Virus record (IMG/VR): IMGVR_UViG_3300028454_001154
Source: an uncultured virus (IMG/VR IMGVR_UViG_3300028454_001154)
Taxonomy: Duplodnaviria; Heunggongvirae; Uroviricota; Caudoviricetes
Direction: 5' to 3' (one strand)
DNA length: 64,000 nucleotides
Shown here: piece by piece, positions 19,229 through 28,101 of the stretch
How the letters are laid out: each line of letters starts with the position of its first letter
Numbering within the stretch: position 1 is the stretch's first letter
The notes under the pieces: generated by a model
The model's database searches: none
What the model was told of the DNA's origin: nothing
The model's input: only the letters and a program-made list of their open reading frames with translations
Program-made: the position numbers and the translations under genes

Positions 19229-20110
19229 ATGCTGAACGGTCTCATGGCAGATGTTGTCAAGCTTCTCAAACAGGAATGCGACGAGATGCTTAAGGCAGAA
19301 ACAGATCAAGATGCCCGGATTGCCTTAGATGGGATCGTTGAGCTTGTTCAGCTTCTGCTGCGCTGTGAAACCAAAAACTTCTTCACTTCGGCATTTGGAC
19401 ATGATAAAATGATTGATAAGGACTTTATCAATCAAGATGCCAGTCAAAGGTTGGCCTTCGGTCTATGCAAGAAATACGGCATTGACTTGCCCAAGGGAGC
19501 AACCCCCGCTGATGCTTGGGCTGCTCTGAAAGAGCATACTGGCAAAGAAGCAGCCGACTTCTATGCGGAGAGCGGAAACAAAGGCGCTGACAAGATCAAG
19601 TTCAATACTGCCAGTCAAAAGACTTTTGTCAAAAACCTCAACGCTGCAAAAGAAAGCCGTCCACAACAGGATCGCTGGCGTGTCACTGGAATGGACATTT
19701 CCGAGTTGAGAAAGTATCATCCGAATGCAAATCTTCATGTTACAGATGGTGGCTCAACTGTTGCAATCGATAATGGAGATATTGTTGCAGTTTGCAAAAA
19801 TGGCGGAGACTTTAGCGGTAGTGTGCTGCTTCGATTTGCTGTCAAAAACGGTGGGAAAAAGCTCGATAGCTATGACGGCAACCATGAGTTTTATGTCAAG
19901 AATGGATTTGAACCAGTTACTTGGTGCAAATGGGACGATGAGTTTGCTCCAAATGATTGGGATTCGGCTTCAAACAAAAGGGAGAACATCATATTCTATC
20001 GATACACTGGCAAGCAAAGTCCATATAAAAATGCGCAGGACTTCTACCAAGCAGTTCCTCCCAGCCGCGATTATGACGCCGCTTATGCAGAAAGGGATAG
20101 ACAGTTATGA
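19229..20110 (+). CDS. Putative effector: helical leader, NQD site, C-terminal GNAT-like domain
   Basis: GDIVAV...G..LL..AV.NGGKKLDSYD....FY..NGFEPV....W...AP..W resembles a GNAT fold. Confidence 0.55.
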   Translation: MLNGLMADVVKLLKQECDEMLKAETDQDARIALDGIVELVQLLLRCETKNFFTSAFGHDKMIDKDFINQDASQRLAFGLCKKYGIDLPKGATPADAWAALKEHTGKEAADFYAESGNKGADKIKFNTASQKTFVKNLNAAKESRPQQDRWRVTGMDISELRKYHPNANLHVTDGGSTVAIDNGDIVAVCKNGGDFSGSVLLRFAVKNGGKKLDSYDGNHEFYVKNGFEPVTWCKWDDEFAPNDWDSASNKRENIIFYRYTGKQSPYKNAQDFYQAVPPSRDYDAAYAERDRQL

Positions 20111-20367
20111 CAAAGGAATATCTATTTCAACAGTATCTTGAATCCGCCAAAGACGCCTTCAGAAGTGTTTGGTCCCCTGAAAGAATCTCGGACGAAACGA
20201 GAGACAGATACCTCACTGATGAAATGGCAGACTTTATGAAGAGCCGTTTTGATTCAGATTACTCTGCATACAAACGCGGAGAAATAACTGAGAAGATTTT
20301 GACAGTCGGAGCCGGACGATCTGCAGGATACTGTGCCGGGCTAATGTATGATGGTCCTGTAGAATAA
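20107..20367 (+). CDS. Small protein, candidate immunity for the upstream effector
   Basis: 86 aa, ATGA-coupled to the upstream gene. Confidence 0.45.
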   Translation: MTKEYLFQQYLESAKDAFRSVWSPERISDETRDRYLTDEMADFMKSRFDSDYSAYKRGEITEKILTVGAGRSAGYCAGLMYDGPVE

Positions 20368-20380
20368 ACGCAGAAAGAGA

Positions 20381-20674
20381 GTGATGACAACGAGGCTGAT
20401 TATCCAAACGAATGCACTGTTCGGCTACGGATACCAAGTGGCGCTAAAGCCAGATGATGGATCTTGGGCCGTCCTTGATTATAGACCTTACCGCCTTTCT
20501 GAGGCTGTGAAGATGGCCCGGAAAGCACTCCAGATTATCAATAGGCACAATCGTTCAAAGTACATGCTTGAAGACGTTCTTCATATCGAGGTTGACGCTC
20601 TTGAACTCAACAGGAAATACGATTTCATTAGCGCCCGAATATGGAAGGCCTTCCAGCAGAACAACATGGAATAA
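20381..20674 (+). CDS. Hypothetical protein
   Basis: ORF followed by a hairpin at ~20678-20714. Confidence 0.5.
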   Translation: MMTTRLIIQTNALFGYGYQVALKPDDGSWAVLDYRPYRLSEAVKMARKALQIINRHNRSKYMLEDVLHIEVDALELNRKYDFISARIWKAFQQNNME

Positions 20675-20852
20675 TACAGCGCTCCGCATTGCCAAATGAG
20701 ACAAGCGGAGCGCTTTCATATACTCTCCTTTTGCAGTCCGTAATATTGTACAGCATAACAATTCGGCTGTCTGACAATATTTGACAAATGGTGGTTATAT
20801 GTTACGATAAAGATACAGAAAACACCATACAAAATGCAAGGAGGTTTCGACA

Positions 20853-21311
20853 ATGAAAAAAGCATTGTTCACCCCGGAAGAGCTGGAGGAACTCAGAAGG
20901 TTCGACGAAGAGATCGATGCTGAGGGCTTCACCTGTGATGAGCTGGAGGATGCCGCCGTTGTCGAAGGGCTGCTGTTTCCGGAACGTGAAAAGCAGCTGG
21001 CAAGACGCCGCGAACTGTGGAAGCTGAGAGTGCAGCAGATGATCACCGATGGAACTTACGATGCATTCAGAAAGAAGCAGGCCGAATATGCGGAGGCTCA
21101 TAAGGAAGAAATCGCAGAGAGAAGGCGTCGGTATTACGAGGAGAACAAGGAGCTCATCCAGATGAAGCAGCGGGAGTACCGGATCCGGAAGGGCTTGACG
21201 ATGTCTCCCGAGGAGAAAGCCCGGAAGAAGGCCGAGAACAAGGCAAAGAGGGCCGAATACATGAGAGCATACAGAGCGGCGAAAAAGGCAGAGCAGCTCA
21301 AAATGGCTTAG
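20853..21311 (+). CDS. Highly charged hypothetical protein with own promoter
   Basis: TTGACA-16-TACGAT promoter at 20781, AAGGAGG RBS. Acidic N-terminus and K/R/E-rich C-terminus. Confidence 0.6.
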   Translation: MKKALFTPEELEELRRFDEEIDAEGFTCDELEDAAVVEGLLFPEREKQLARRRELWKLRVQQMITDGTYDAFRKKQAEYAEAHKEEIAERRRRYYEENKELIQMKQREYRIRKGLTMSPEEKARKKAENKAKRAEYMRAYRAAKKAEQLKMA

Positions 21312-21323
21312 CCCAATATAAAG

Positions 21324-21354
21324 GAAAGCACGGGAGCTTGCCCGTGCTTTCTTT
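21324..21354. terminator. Bidirectional terminator
   Basis: GAAAGCACGGG / CCCGTGCTTTC between convergent genes. Confidence 0.75.
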
Positions 21355-21357
21355 ATG

Positions 21358-22482
21358 CTATTCGGTTTTCACAGGTTTGTCCGCGCTTGCCCGGATGGCG
21401 TTGTTGAGCAGCGTTATCTGTCTGCTTAGCTCATTAAATGCCTTCTGGTCTTTGAAGGCTTTGATGTCCAAGTAGATCCATGTTGATCCTCCACTCCGGA
21501 AGCCTTTTGCTTCAATCTCCTTGAACAATTCCATTTCATTCAAATAGGATCTGATGCTTTCATCGCTCCATTCGTTGCCAAGATAAATCGCCAGCTGGGA
21601 TGGCGCGAAATCAAAGGATGCCTTATACTTGCCAGCTTTTTTGTAGACGGATACAAGAAATACGGTTTGACCATTGCATTTGGCGAGAAAAGACGGACCA
21701 TTGCTTCCGGTTCCGCCGACGATATCGTAGCCAGCCTTCTTGGCCTCCCATCGGATTTCATTGATCGTTTCGTCAAGGTCTGCAAGGCCATTATCATTCA
21801 AAAACCTTGAGAAGTCAGCATCTGACCACACACGAGCAGTTCTCTTGGCAGTTGGTTTGCTCGATTCATCAGGGCTGTTTCCGATTACATTTGAAGAAAA
21901 GATCAATCTTCTCTCCCGCGTGGTGTAAGGCTGGAGCTCGACGCCATACACCTCGATACCCTGCATCACACGATCCATGAACTCAATGATCGTTTGCATT
22001 TCGGGAGGGATTTCCTCGGCGATGAAGACCAACCGGAAATGCTCTTTCAGGAGGTTGTCGGCGACGGTAGCCCAAAAGGCATCATCCATTTCGTCCTTTT
22101 TGTCGGGATTGCAGTCCTCGAAGGATTTCCGCAGGTCTTCCACGTTCCATCCATGTGCCCGAGCAGCATAGTCTATCATCTGCGCTGCAACCGATCTGCG
22201 AAGCTCCCGATTAGAAGACTTTTTGGCTTCCACCAGCACAGGAACACCTTCGCTGTCCACAAGGAGGACGTCGAGAGACAGTTCGTTTTTATCACTATCC
22301 AAGATGACAGGCTGTTCGTGCCTGATCAGATAAAGCGTGTCCTCGGTGCCATCGCCCCATGCCCGAGAAACCAGCCGAGGATTCTTCATCACATAATGAT
22401 GAAGGTCATCCTCCAGTTTATAGCTCGTTTTGTTCATATCCCAGAAGTGTTCTTCGTCATCCACATAGAACAGTTTGCCCAT
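21358..22482 (-). CDS. PD-(D/E)XK (NucS/restriction-like) nuclease-domain moron
   Basis: E..L, LDVLLVD...VLVEAK, QMIDYAA. Own minus-strand promoter TTGACA-16-TACAAT at 22546-22519. Confidence 0.7.
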   Translation of the reverse strand: MGKLFYVDDEEHFWDMNKTSYKLEDDLHHYVMKNPRLVSRAWGDGTEDTLYLIRHEQPVILDSDKNELSLDVLLVDSEGVPVLVEAKKSSNRELRRSVAAQMIDYAARAHGWNVEDLRKSFEDCNPDKKDEMDDAFWATVADNLLKEHFRLVFIAEEIPPEMQTIIEFMDRVMQGIEVYGVELQPYTTRERRLIFSSNVIGNSPDESSKPTAKRTARVWSDADFSRFLNDNGLADLDETINEIRWEAKKAGYDIVGGTGSNGPSFLAKCNGQTVFLVSVYKKAGKYKASFDFAPSQLAIYLGNEWSDESIRSYLNEMELFKEIEAKGFRSGGSTWIYLDIKAFKDQKAFNELSRQITLLNNAIRASADKPVKTE

Positions 22483-22581
22483 AAGCGTACCTCCGTAATG
22501 TCATTTAGCTTTGAGACCATTGTACAATACGCTTAAGCAATGTCAAGTGATAATCTGTTCAGAAAGATCTGAGAAACCCAA

Positions 22582-23193
22582 ATGGAAAAGATAATTGTTA
22601 TCGGCGCAGGCGACTGTGCCGATTTGATTTTTGACTCGATTGATCCCGATAAGGAAGAAATTGTCGGATTCGTCGATGAATACAGGATAGGGAAACACCT
22701 TGGAAAGCCGATACTCGGAACCAAAGTCGAAGAGGTTCAGGGATACACTGATTACGGCTTTATCATTTCCATTGCAGAGCCTGCTGTCCGCAAAAGACTC
22801 TACAAATCGGTGAAAGCGCTTGGTGTTCGTTTTGTCAATGTAATCGACCCAACCGCAATAGTTTCCAAGACGGCTGCTATTGGCGAAGGAAACTATATTG
22901 GCAAAGGCACTGTCATCAATGCGTTTGCCACCATTGGCAACAATAACATGATTGTTTCAACCGCAATCATTGAGCATCATGCAGTCATACATAACCACAC
23001 AAGAATCGCGCCGGGAGCTGTGATTAACGGGAATGTCATCATGGAAGACGCCGTGTTTGCCGGAAGCAATTCCTGCTTCATAGGCGATCAGAAAATAGGT
23101 ACTTTCTCTATCATCGGTGCCGGAGCAGTTGTGTTGGGTGATGTGCCTGAACGGGCCACCTACGTTGGCGTTCCTGCAAGGCGAATAAAATAA
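22582..23193 (+). CDS. NeuD/PglD-family hexapeptide-repeat sugar acyltransferase
   Basis: IIVIGAG, GFVD, hexapeptide repeats, IIGAGAVVLGDVP...YVGVPARRIK. Confidence 0.88.
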   Translation: MEKIIVIGAGDCADLIFDSIDPDKEEIVGFVDEYRIGKHLGKPILGTKVEEVQGYTDYGFIISIAEPAVRKRLYKSVKALGVRFVNVIDPTAIVSKTAAIGEGNYIGKGTVINAFATIGNNNMIVSTAIIEHHAVIHNHTRIAPGAVINGNVIMEDAVFAGSNSCFIGDQKIGTFSIIGAGAVVLGDVPERATYVGVPARRIK

Positions 23194-23232
23194 AGGGCTG
23201 GAATGGGGATCCGGCTGCGAAGGAGGTAGGAC

Positions 23233-23931
23233 ATGGAAGTAAAGCAGAATAGATATCTATTCGTTGTAGCTCATCCCGACGATGAAGTGCTTGGTGCTGG
23301 CGGAACTATTTTCAAACTTGCTCACGAAGGCGCAACCGTGAACGTTTGTATCCTTTGTGGCGGAGCGGAAGCAAGGTCTTTCCGGCCGGACACAAAAGAG
23401 CTTACAGCGGACATGTATCGTTCTATGGAAACCCTTGGAGTAGCCAAGGTATATCCGGGCGCTTTTCTGGATAGCCGTCTGAATATGGCTTCTCACTTGG
23501 AAGTGGTTCAATTCATTGAATCGGCAATTGTTGACAGCAATGCACAGCAGATCATAACCCATCATCCCAACGATTTGCACAATGACCATAGGCTTGCATC
23601 TCTGGCATGCCAAGAAGCAGCAAGAATATCCATGAGACGAATCGTCAACGTGCCTGCGCTGACAAGCCTTTCCTATATGGAAGTGCTTTCCTCTACAGAT
23701 TGGGCGCTGAACACCTCGAATGATTCGTTCAAGCCGGATACCTTTGTGGAAATTGGAGAGGAAGGCGTCCAGACCAAAATCGAAGCGCTCTCTCAGTACA
23801 GGTATGTAATGAGAGACTTTCCCCACCCGAGGAGTGAGCAGATTATCAAAGGCCTTGCCGCCTATCGCGGAGGCCAAGCCGGGTGCCAATATGCAGAGGC
23901 GTTTGAAACTGCTTTTCGGAGGGAATTGTAA
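23233..23931 (+). CDS. PIG-L/LmbE-family N-deacetylase
   Basis: VAHPDDEVLGAGGT, THHPNDLHNDHR, YAEAF. Confidence 0.9.
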   Translation: MEVKQNRYLFVVAHPDDEVLGAGGTIFKLAHEGATVNVCILCGGAEARSFRPDTKELTADMYRSMETLGVAKVYPGAFLDSRLNMASHLEVVQFIESAIVDSNAQQIITHHPNDLHNDHRLASLACQEAARISMRRIVNVPALTSLSYMEVLSSTDWALNTSNDSFKPDTFVEIGEEGVQTKIEALSQYRYVMRDFPHPRSEQIIKGLAAYRGGQAGCQYAEAFETAFRREL

Positions 23932-24599
23932 TGGAGAAAAGAATCGAACTATGCAAAGTCCGGGCAGGGGATATTAAGACTGGGCTTGGAAACCCCAGAA
24001 AAATATCCGCTAAGAAGATGCAGGAGCTTGAAGAATCGCTGACTACCTTCGGCGACTTTGGCATCTTCCTTATCGATGAGAAGAACAACATTGTCGGTGG
24101 CAACCAACGCCTGAAGGCAGTTATAAAGCTTTTTGGCGAAGATACCATGCTCGACTGCAAACGGCTGATCGGATATACAAAGGCCGAGTTGAAGAGTATC
24201 AACATCAAGGATAATACTCACGCTGGCGAATGGGACCTTGACCTTCTTGCAGATTGGACTGCCGATCTTAACCTTGGCCTTGACCAAAACGACGATGAGA
24301 AGAACATCCCGGATGAACGTGAGATACCCGAGATGGAACTCATCCACTACGAGAAGTACGACTATGTCATGATTGTCTGCCGTTCCGTTCTTGACTACAA
24401 CGACCTTGTTCGCAAGCTTGGAATCGAAGGGAAGAAAGTCAGTATTTCCAAACGCAAGATCAATGCCAGAGCTATCTGGTATGAGAAGATGCCGTGCACC
24501 TTGGTCCCTAATGATCTGCTGGAGGAATACAAAAAAGCATATGATGGCAAGAACGGCGGTCTTCCTGAATGGGATGACGGAGATGCATCGGATGAGTGA
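23931..24599 (+). CDS. ParB/Srx N-terminal domain protein
   Basis: NPRKI, L..SL..FG, IVGGNQRLKA, NIKDN..AGEWD. Confidence 0.8.
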   Translation: MEKRIELCKVRAGDIKTGLGNPRKISAKKMQELEESLTTFGDFGIFLIDEKNNIVGGNQRLKAVIKLFGEDTMLDCKRLIGYTKAELKSINIKDNTHAGEWDLDLLADWTADLNLGLDQNDDEKNIPDEREIPEMELIHYEKYDYVMIVCRSVLDYNDLVRKLGIEGKKVSISKRKINARAIWYEKMPCTLVPNDLLEEYKKAYDGKNGGLPEWDDGDASDE

Positions 24600-25281
24600 T
24601 CGCGTGTTCAGCGGGCATCAGCCCAACTTCCTGCCATACATGGGTTTCTTCTATAAGATGTTCCGCTCGGATGTGTTTATCCTTGACGATGATGTTCAGT
24701 ATTCCTCGAAGGCATGGCACAACACAAACTTTATTAAGGCAGGTCAGGACAAGTACCGTCTCACGGTGCCTGTGAGTTATACATTCGGAGATCCCATCAA
24801 CAAAGTCGAGATCAGCTATGCAAAACCGTGGGATAAGAAACTGCTTTCCACGCTCAGGATGAGCTACGGGAAGGCGCCGTTCTTTGAAGAAGGCTTTTCC
24901 CTTATAGAAAGGCATATTTCCAAACACCCGCAAAAGCTGGTCGATCTGACGATACCTCTTATAAGGGAAGTCCATGATTTATTTGGCCTTGGATGTGAAA
25001 TCGTCCTATCTCACACGATGCCGACTGAATTGCGGAACAACGAGCGGAATATATGGCAATGCGAACAGCTCGGCTGCAACATCTATTATTCCGGCATAGG
25101 GGGCCGTGAGTATAATGATGCTGCTGCTTATGCAGCGCACGGCATTCGACTGGAGTATTCTGACTACGGCCCCACGCCTTACAGACAGGTTGGCAAGGGA
25201 GCTTTTATCGAGAACTTATCGGTTATAGACTATATTTTCAACAAGGGCTTTGTACTGCCGGAAGAGTGGGTGAGAGAATGA
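24592..25281 (+). CDS. WbqC-family protein
   Basis: HQPNFLPYMGFF.K...DVFI.DDVQY, Y.KAPFF, YYSG.GG..Y, NLSVIDYIFN. Start re-set to ATG 24592. Confidence 0.88.
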   Translation: MSDRVFSGHQPNFLPYMGFFYKMFRSDVFILDDDVQYSSKAWHNTNFIKAGQDKYRLTVPVSYTFGDPINKVEISYAKPWDKKLLSTLRMSYGKAPFFEEGFSLIERHISKHPQKLVDLTIPLIREVHDLFGLGCEIVLSHTMPTELRNNERNIWQCEQLGCNIYYSGIGGREYNDAAAYAAHGIRLEYSDYGPTPYRQVGKGAFIENLSVIDYIFNKGFVLPEEWVRE

Positions 25282-25994
25282 GCGGCCCAAGCGAATTGTT
25301 TAACATATATGTCCCCAGTTATAACAGGGCTGAGACGACAACGACTTTCAAGCTGCTGGAGTATTGCACCTACGTCGTCAGGCAATCCCAAGAAGCGGCG
25401 TACCGGGCGCGAGGGATAGAGAACATCTGGGCTGTCCCTGATCATGAGATCGATAACATCGTAAAGGTCTGCAACTATATCAACGATCATGCGCCTGAAA
25501 CCATCATCTGCGAAATAGATGATGATGTGGATTACTTCCTGTACCGGATGGAAAAGAACGAGAAACTGACTGATCCTGAAACCATAACCGCTGAACTTGA
25601 AAGAATCGGGCAGATAATGCTCGACCTCGATATTGGATTCGGAGCGGAAGATGCATCCATTGCACCATGGAACTACGATGCGGAGTTTGGCTTCAAGGGT
25701 ACGACGGGAGCTCTCCGGTGGTTCAATCAGAAGGTGTACAAGTCCCGGTTCCGCGAGGAAGTTTATCATAACTGCGACCTCGACGTCATGCTGCATGAAC
25801 TGTTGGTCAACCGTATAACCCTAAAGCCCAAGTACCTATGCGTTAAAGCAGGAACAGATACAAACGCCGGAGGAAACTCGTCTAAGACCAGACAGGCGCA
25901 GGAGGATTGTGCGCGTGAGATGAAAATACGTTGGGGGAAGTATTTCTCTTACAACTTCAAAACGAATAAGCCAACAATCAACGTCCAAAGGTGA
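25278..25994 (+). CDS. GT-A fold glycosyltransferase (TAGT/GREB1-like, possible DNA glycosyltransferase)
   Basis: IYVPSYNRA, YVVR..Q...Y, IDDD (DxD), D.D..L, NAGGNS, RWG. Confidence 0.7.
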   Translation: MSGPSELFNIYVPSYNRAETTTTFKLLEYCTYVVRQSQEAAYRARGIENIWAVPDHEIDNIVKVCNYINDHAPETIICEIDDDVDYFLYRMEKNEKLTDPETITAELERIGQIMLDLDIGFGAEDASIAPWNYDAEFGFKGTTGALRWFNQKVYKSRFREEVYHNCDLDVMLHELLVNRITLKPKYLCVKAGTDTNAGGNSSKTRQAQEDCAREMKIRWGKYFSYNFKTNKPTINVQR

Positions 25995-26094
25995 TCAAAA
26001 ACCTCTTGTAACCGCATTTTTACTTGACTTTGCCTGACCAAATGTTACGCTTATTGTAACGAATAATACTATAAAGGAGGTCAAGTAAAAAACA

Positions 26095-27213
26095 ATGGGC
26101 ATTCCCTATACGGAAAGTGGTTACAACATGTATGACATGTTGAGCACGATCCAGAAAGGCATAAGGCGAGGCAATTATGAACTCGCTGGATGGGGAGCGC
26201 AGCAGCTACAAGGAGCATACAGGACAGTCATGTGGAATCGCATGATGGTCATTTCCTCCGAAGACTGTTATGGAATCCTCACCAAAGAGATCGTAAGCCT
26301 CAGAGAGCAAGATCTGAAGTACAAGAACAACACGAATATCTCCAACGCGATGGCGTTGCTTTGCAGGGCAAGGAAGAGCAGAGATGCTTGTTACTTCTCC
26401 TGCAATTTTGTTCTTGACCATCGGTGCCCACGGAGTATTGAAGTGAGTGCAGAAGAAATGGCTCATTTCCACTCAATGGTAGGAGATAGTTCTGGAAAGG
26501 TCAGCTATGACCAATTCGGATTCAGGCAATTCAGCCTGTTTGAAGAACCAGTCGAGGAGAAAGTCAACTATTCTCCGGAGGAATATGCAGGAATAAAGCT
26601 CCAGAAAGCCATCGAACACAGGGACATGGATATGATGGGCCACTATATAGATCAGCTCCGCAAGGACAAGCGAGACTATTTGTGGTCAGTTCTGAAGGAT
26701 TATGCCAAGCATCATTCCAAGGGCATGTGTTTTGATGAAGTCGTTGCACTGAATAAGGCTGACGACTTCGTAAACAAGAAAAAAGCAAAAGATAAACGCG
26801 ATGAGATTTTCATTTCAAAGGCGACAATGATTCTCTGTTATGCAGAGGATAAGAACCTTGCGACAGCCTTTGCAAATGATGCCATCAGTTCGGACAGTCT
26901 GTTGGATTGGGACAGACTTGAAGTAAAACCCATCGAAGATTGTATTCTTGCCGATGGGACAATCCCGGAATATGTCTTCGACTGCCATACTATTCGAGGA
27001 AAGAAAGCCGGGAAGACCGATTGGGATATGACAAGGGATGAGCAGGAAGCATTGTTCCCGCTTTACAGGGCATACTTCGACGATGCCAGCTGGTTGTACA
27101 CTTACCAGCAGGATAGAACGAATGGAGTGTTGCCGGATAAAGAATGGCGGTTGATTTTGGAATACTCCAAAACACATCCTGCAAATCCTGTGGAACCATA
27201 CCCATATGAATGA
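26095..27213 (+). CDS. RarA/MgsA C-terminal-like helical protein lacking the ATPase domain
   Basis: LSTIQKGIRRG, WNRMMVISSEDC, PEYVFDCHT.RG. No Walker A. Own promoter at 26024. Confidence 0.55.
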   Translation: MGIPYTESGYNMYDMLSTIQKGIRRGNYELAGWGAQQLQGAYRTVMWNRMMVISSEDCYGILTKEIVSLREQDLKYKNNTNISNAMALLCRARKSRDACYFSCNFVLDHRCPRSIEVSAEEMAHFHSMVGDSSGKVSYDQFGFRQFSLFEEPVEEKVNYSPEEYAGIKLQKAIEHRDMDMMGHYIDQLRKDKRDYLWSVLKDYAKHHSKGMCFDEVVALNKADDFVNKKKAKDKRDEIFISKATMILCYAEDKNLATAFANDAISSDSLLDWDRLEVKPIEDCILADGTIPEYVFDCHTIRGKKAGKTDWDMTRDEQEALFPLYRAYFDDASWLYTYQQDRTNGVLPDKEWRLILEYSKTHPANPVEPYPYE

Positions 27214-27439
27214 GCCGAAAAGCAGCATGGTCAGGAGGCTTCTGACGGAGAATGACTATAAGTCAGCTCTGCGGATCGCCTCCTGTTTTAGGCTGGGCAT
27301 CAGCAGAGAAGACCAGATCGTCATGAAGCGCGGATACGAATGTCTTGTGTATCCTCAGTTTTATCAATCCATCCATGTTGACGTACAACGTTCTATAGAA
27401 AGTGCGAAGGAAACCATCGACAGGCTCTATAGAATGTAA
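27206..27439 (+). CDS. Hypothetical protein
   Basis: Overlaps the upstream stop and is followed by a terminator at ~27451-27484. Confidence 0.55.
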   Translation: MNEPKSSMVRRLLTENDYKSALRIASCFRLGISREDQIVMKRGYECLVYPQFYQSIHVDVQRSIESAKETIDRLYRM

Positions 27440-27507
27440 GAACCGCACACAGCAGCTCCGGGCTATGCCTTGGGGCTGCTTTTCTATAGCAGGAGTGATA
27501 ATAATAC

Positions 27508-28068
27508 ATGGCACGAAACCCAAAACAGGACGCCAATCTGAAGCCTATTCAGAAAGGTGATTTAAGTAATGAAGAGCTAAAGAAACGCCAGAGAAACGGC
27601 GGAAAGAAGTCCGGAGAGGTCAGAAGGGCCAAAAGAGACGCCAAAAAGGCTATGGAATATATCCTCAGTAGGCCTTTGAAGGGTGAAGTCCTTGATACTG
27701 TCAAGAGAACCACCAACTCAGACCCGGTGGATGGCCTGACCAACATTGAAGCTCTGATGGCCAGAATGTTTACCAAAGCATTATCTGGCGATCTGGATGC
27801 TTTTGAAGCAGTCATGAAGTATGCTGGCTTTGAGCCGGAAGAAAACAGGCGTGAACGCGAGAGCATCGCTGCAGACAAACGACGGATGATGGAGATTGAA
27901 GCCAAGTTGAACACCTTAGGGCAGAAGATCGAAGGAACGACTATGGCTATCAACATGAACGATGAAGAAGGCAATTCGGATGTGATTGTCTATGTGCCGA
28001 AGATGCTCAGCGAAGAAGAGTGCTTGGCGCAGGATGCAACGACTGAGGAAGAGCCGGACAACGAATAA
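27508..28068 (+). CDS. Probable terminase small subunit
   Basis: NLKP...GGKKSGE.RR motif. Directly upstream of terL. Confidence 0.7.
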   Translation: MARNPKQDANLKPIQKGDLSNEELKKRQRNGGKKSGEVRRAKRDAKKAMEYILSRPLKGEVLDTVKRTTNSDPVDGLTNIEALMARMFTKALSGDLDAFEAVMKYAGFEPEENRRERESIAADKRRMMEIEAKLNTLGQKIEGTTMAINMNDEEGNSDVIVYVPKMLSEEECLAQDATTEEEPDNE

Positions 28069-28101
28069 GATAATATCCCTCTTAAGGTGGTGGAAAGGCT
28101 C

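Noticed and set aside
1..27213. 7-deazaguanine DNA modification suggested by integration at queA
   Set aside because: No DpdA, FolE, QueC, QueD or QueE homologue is recognisable in the window. queA seems to be only the integration target.
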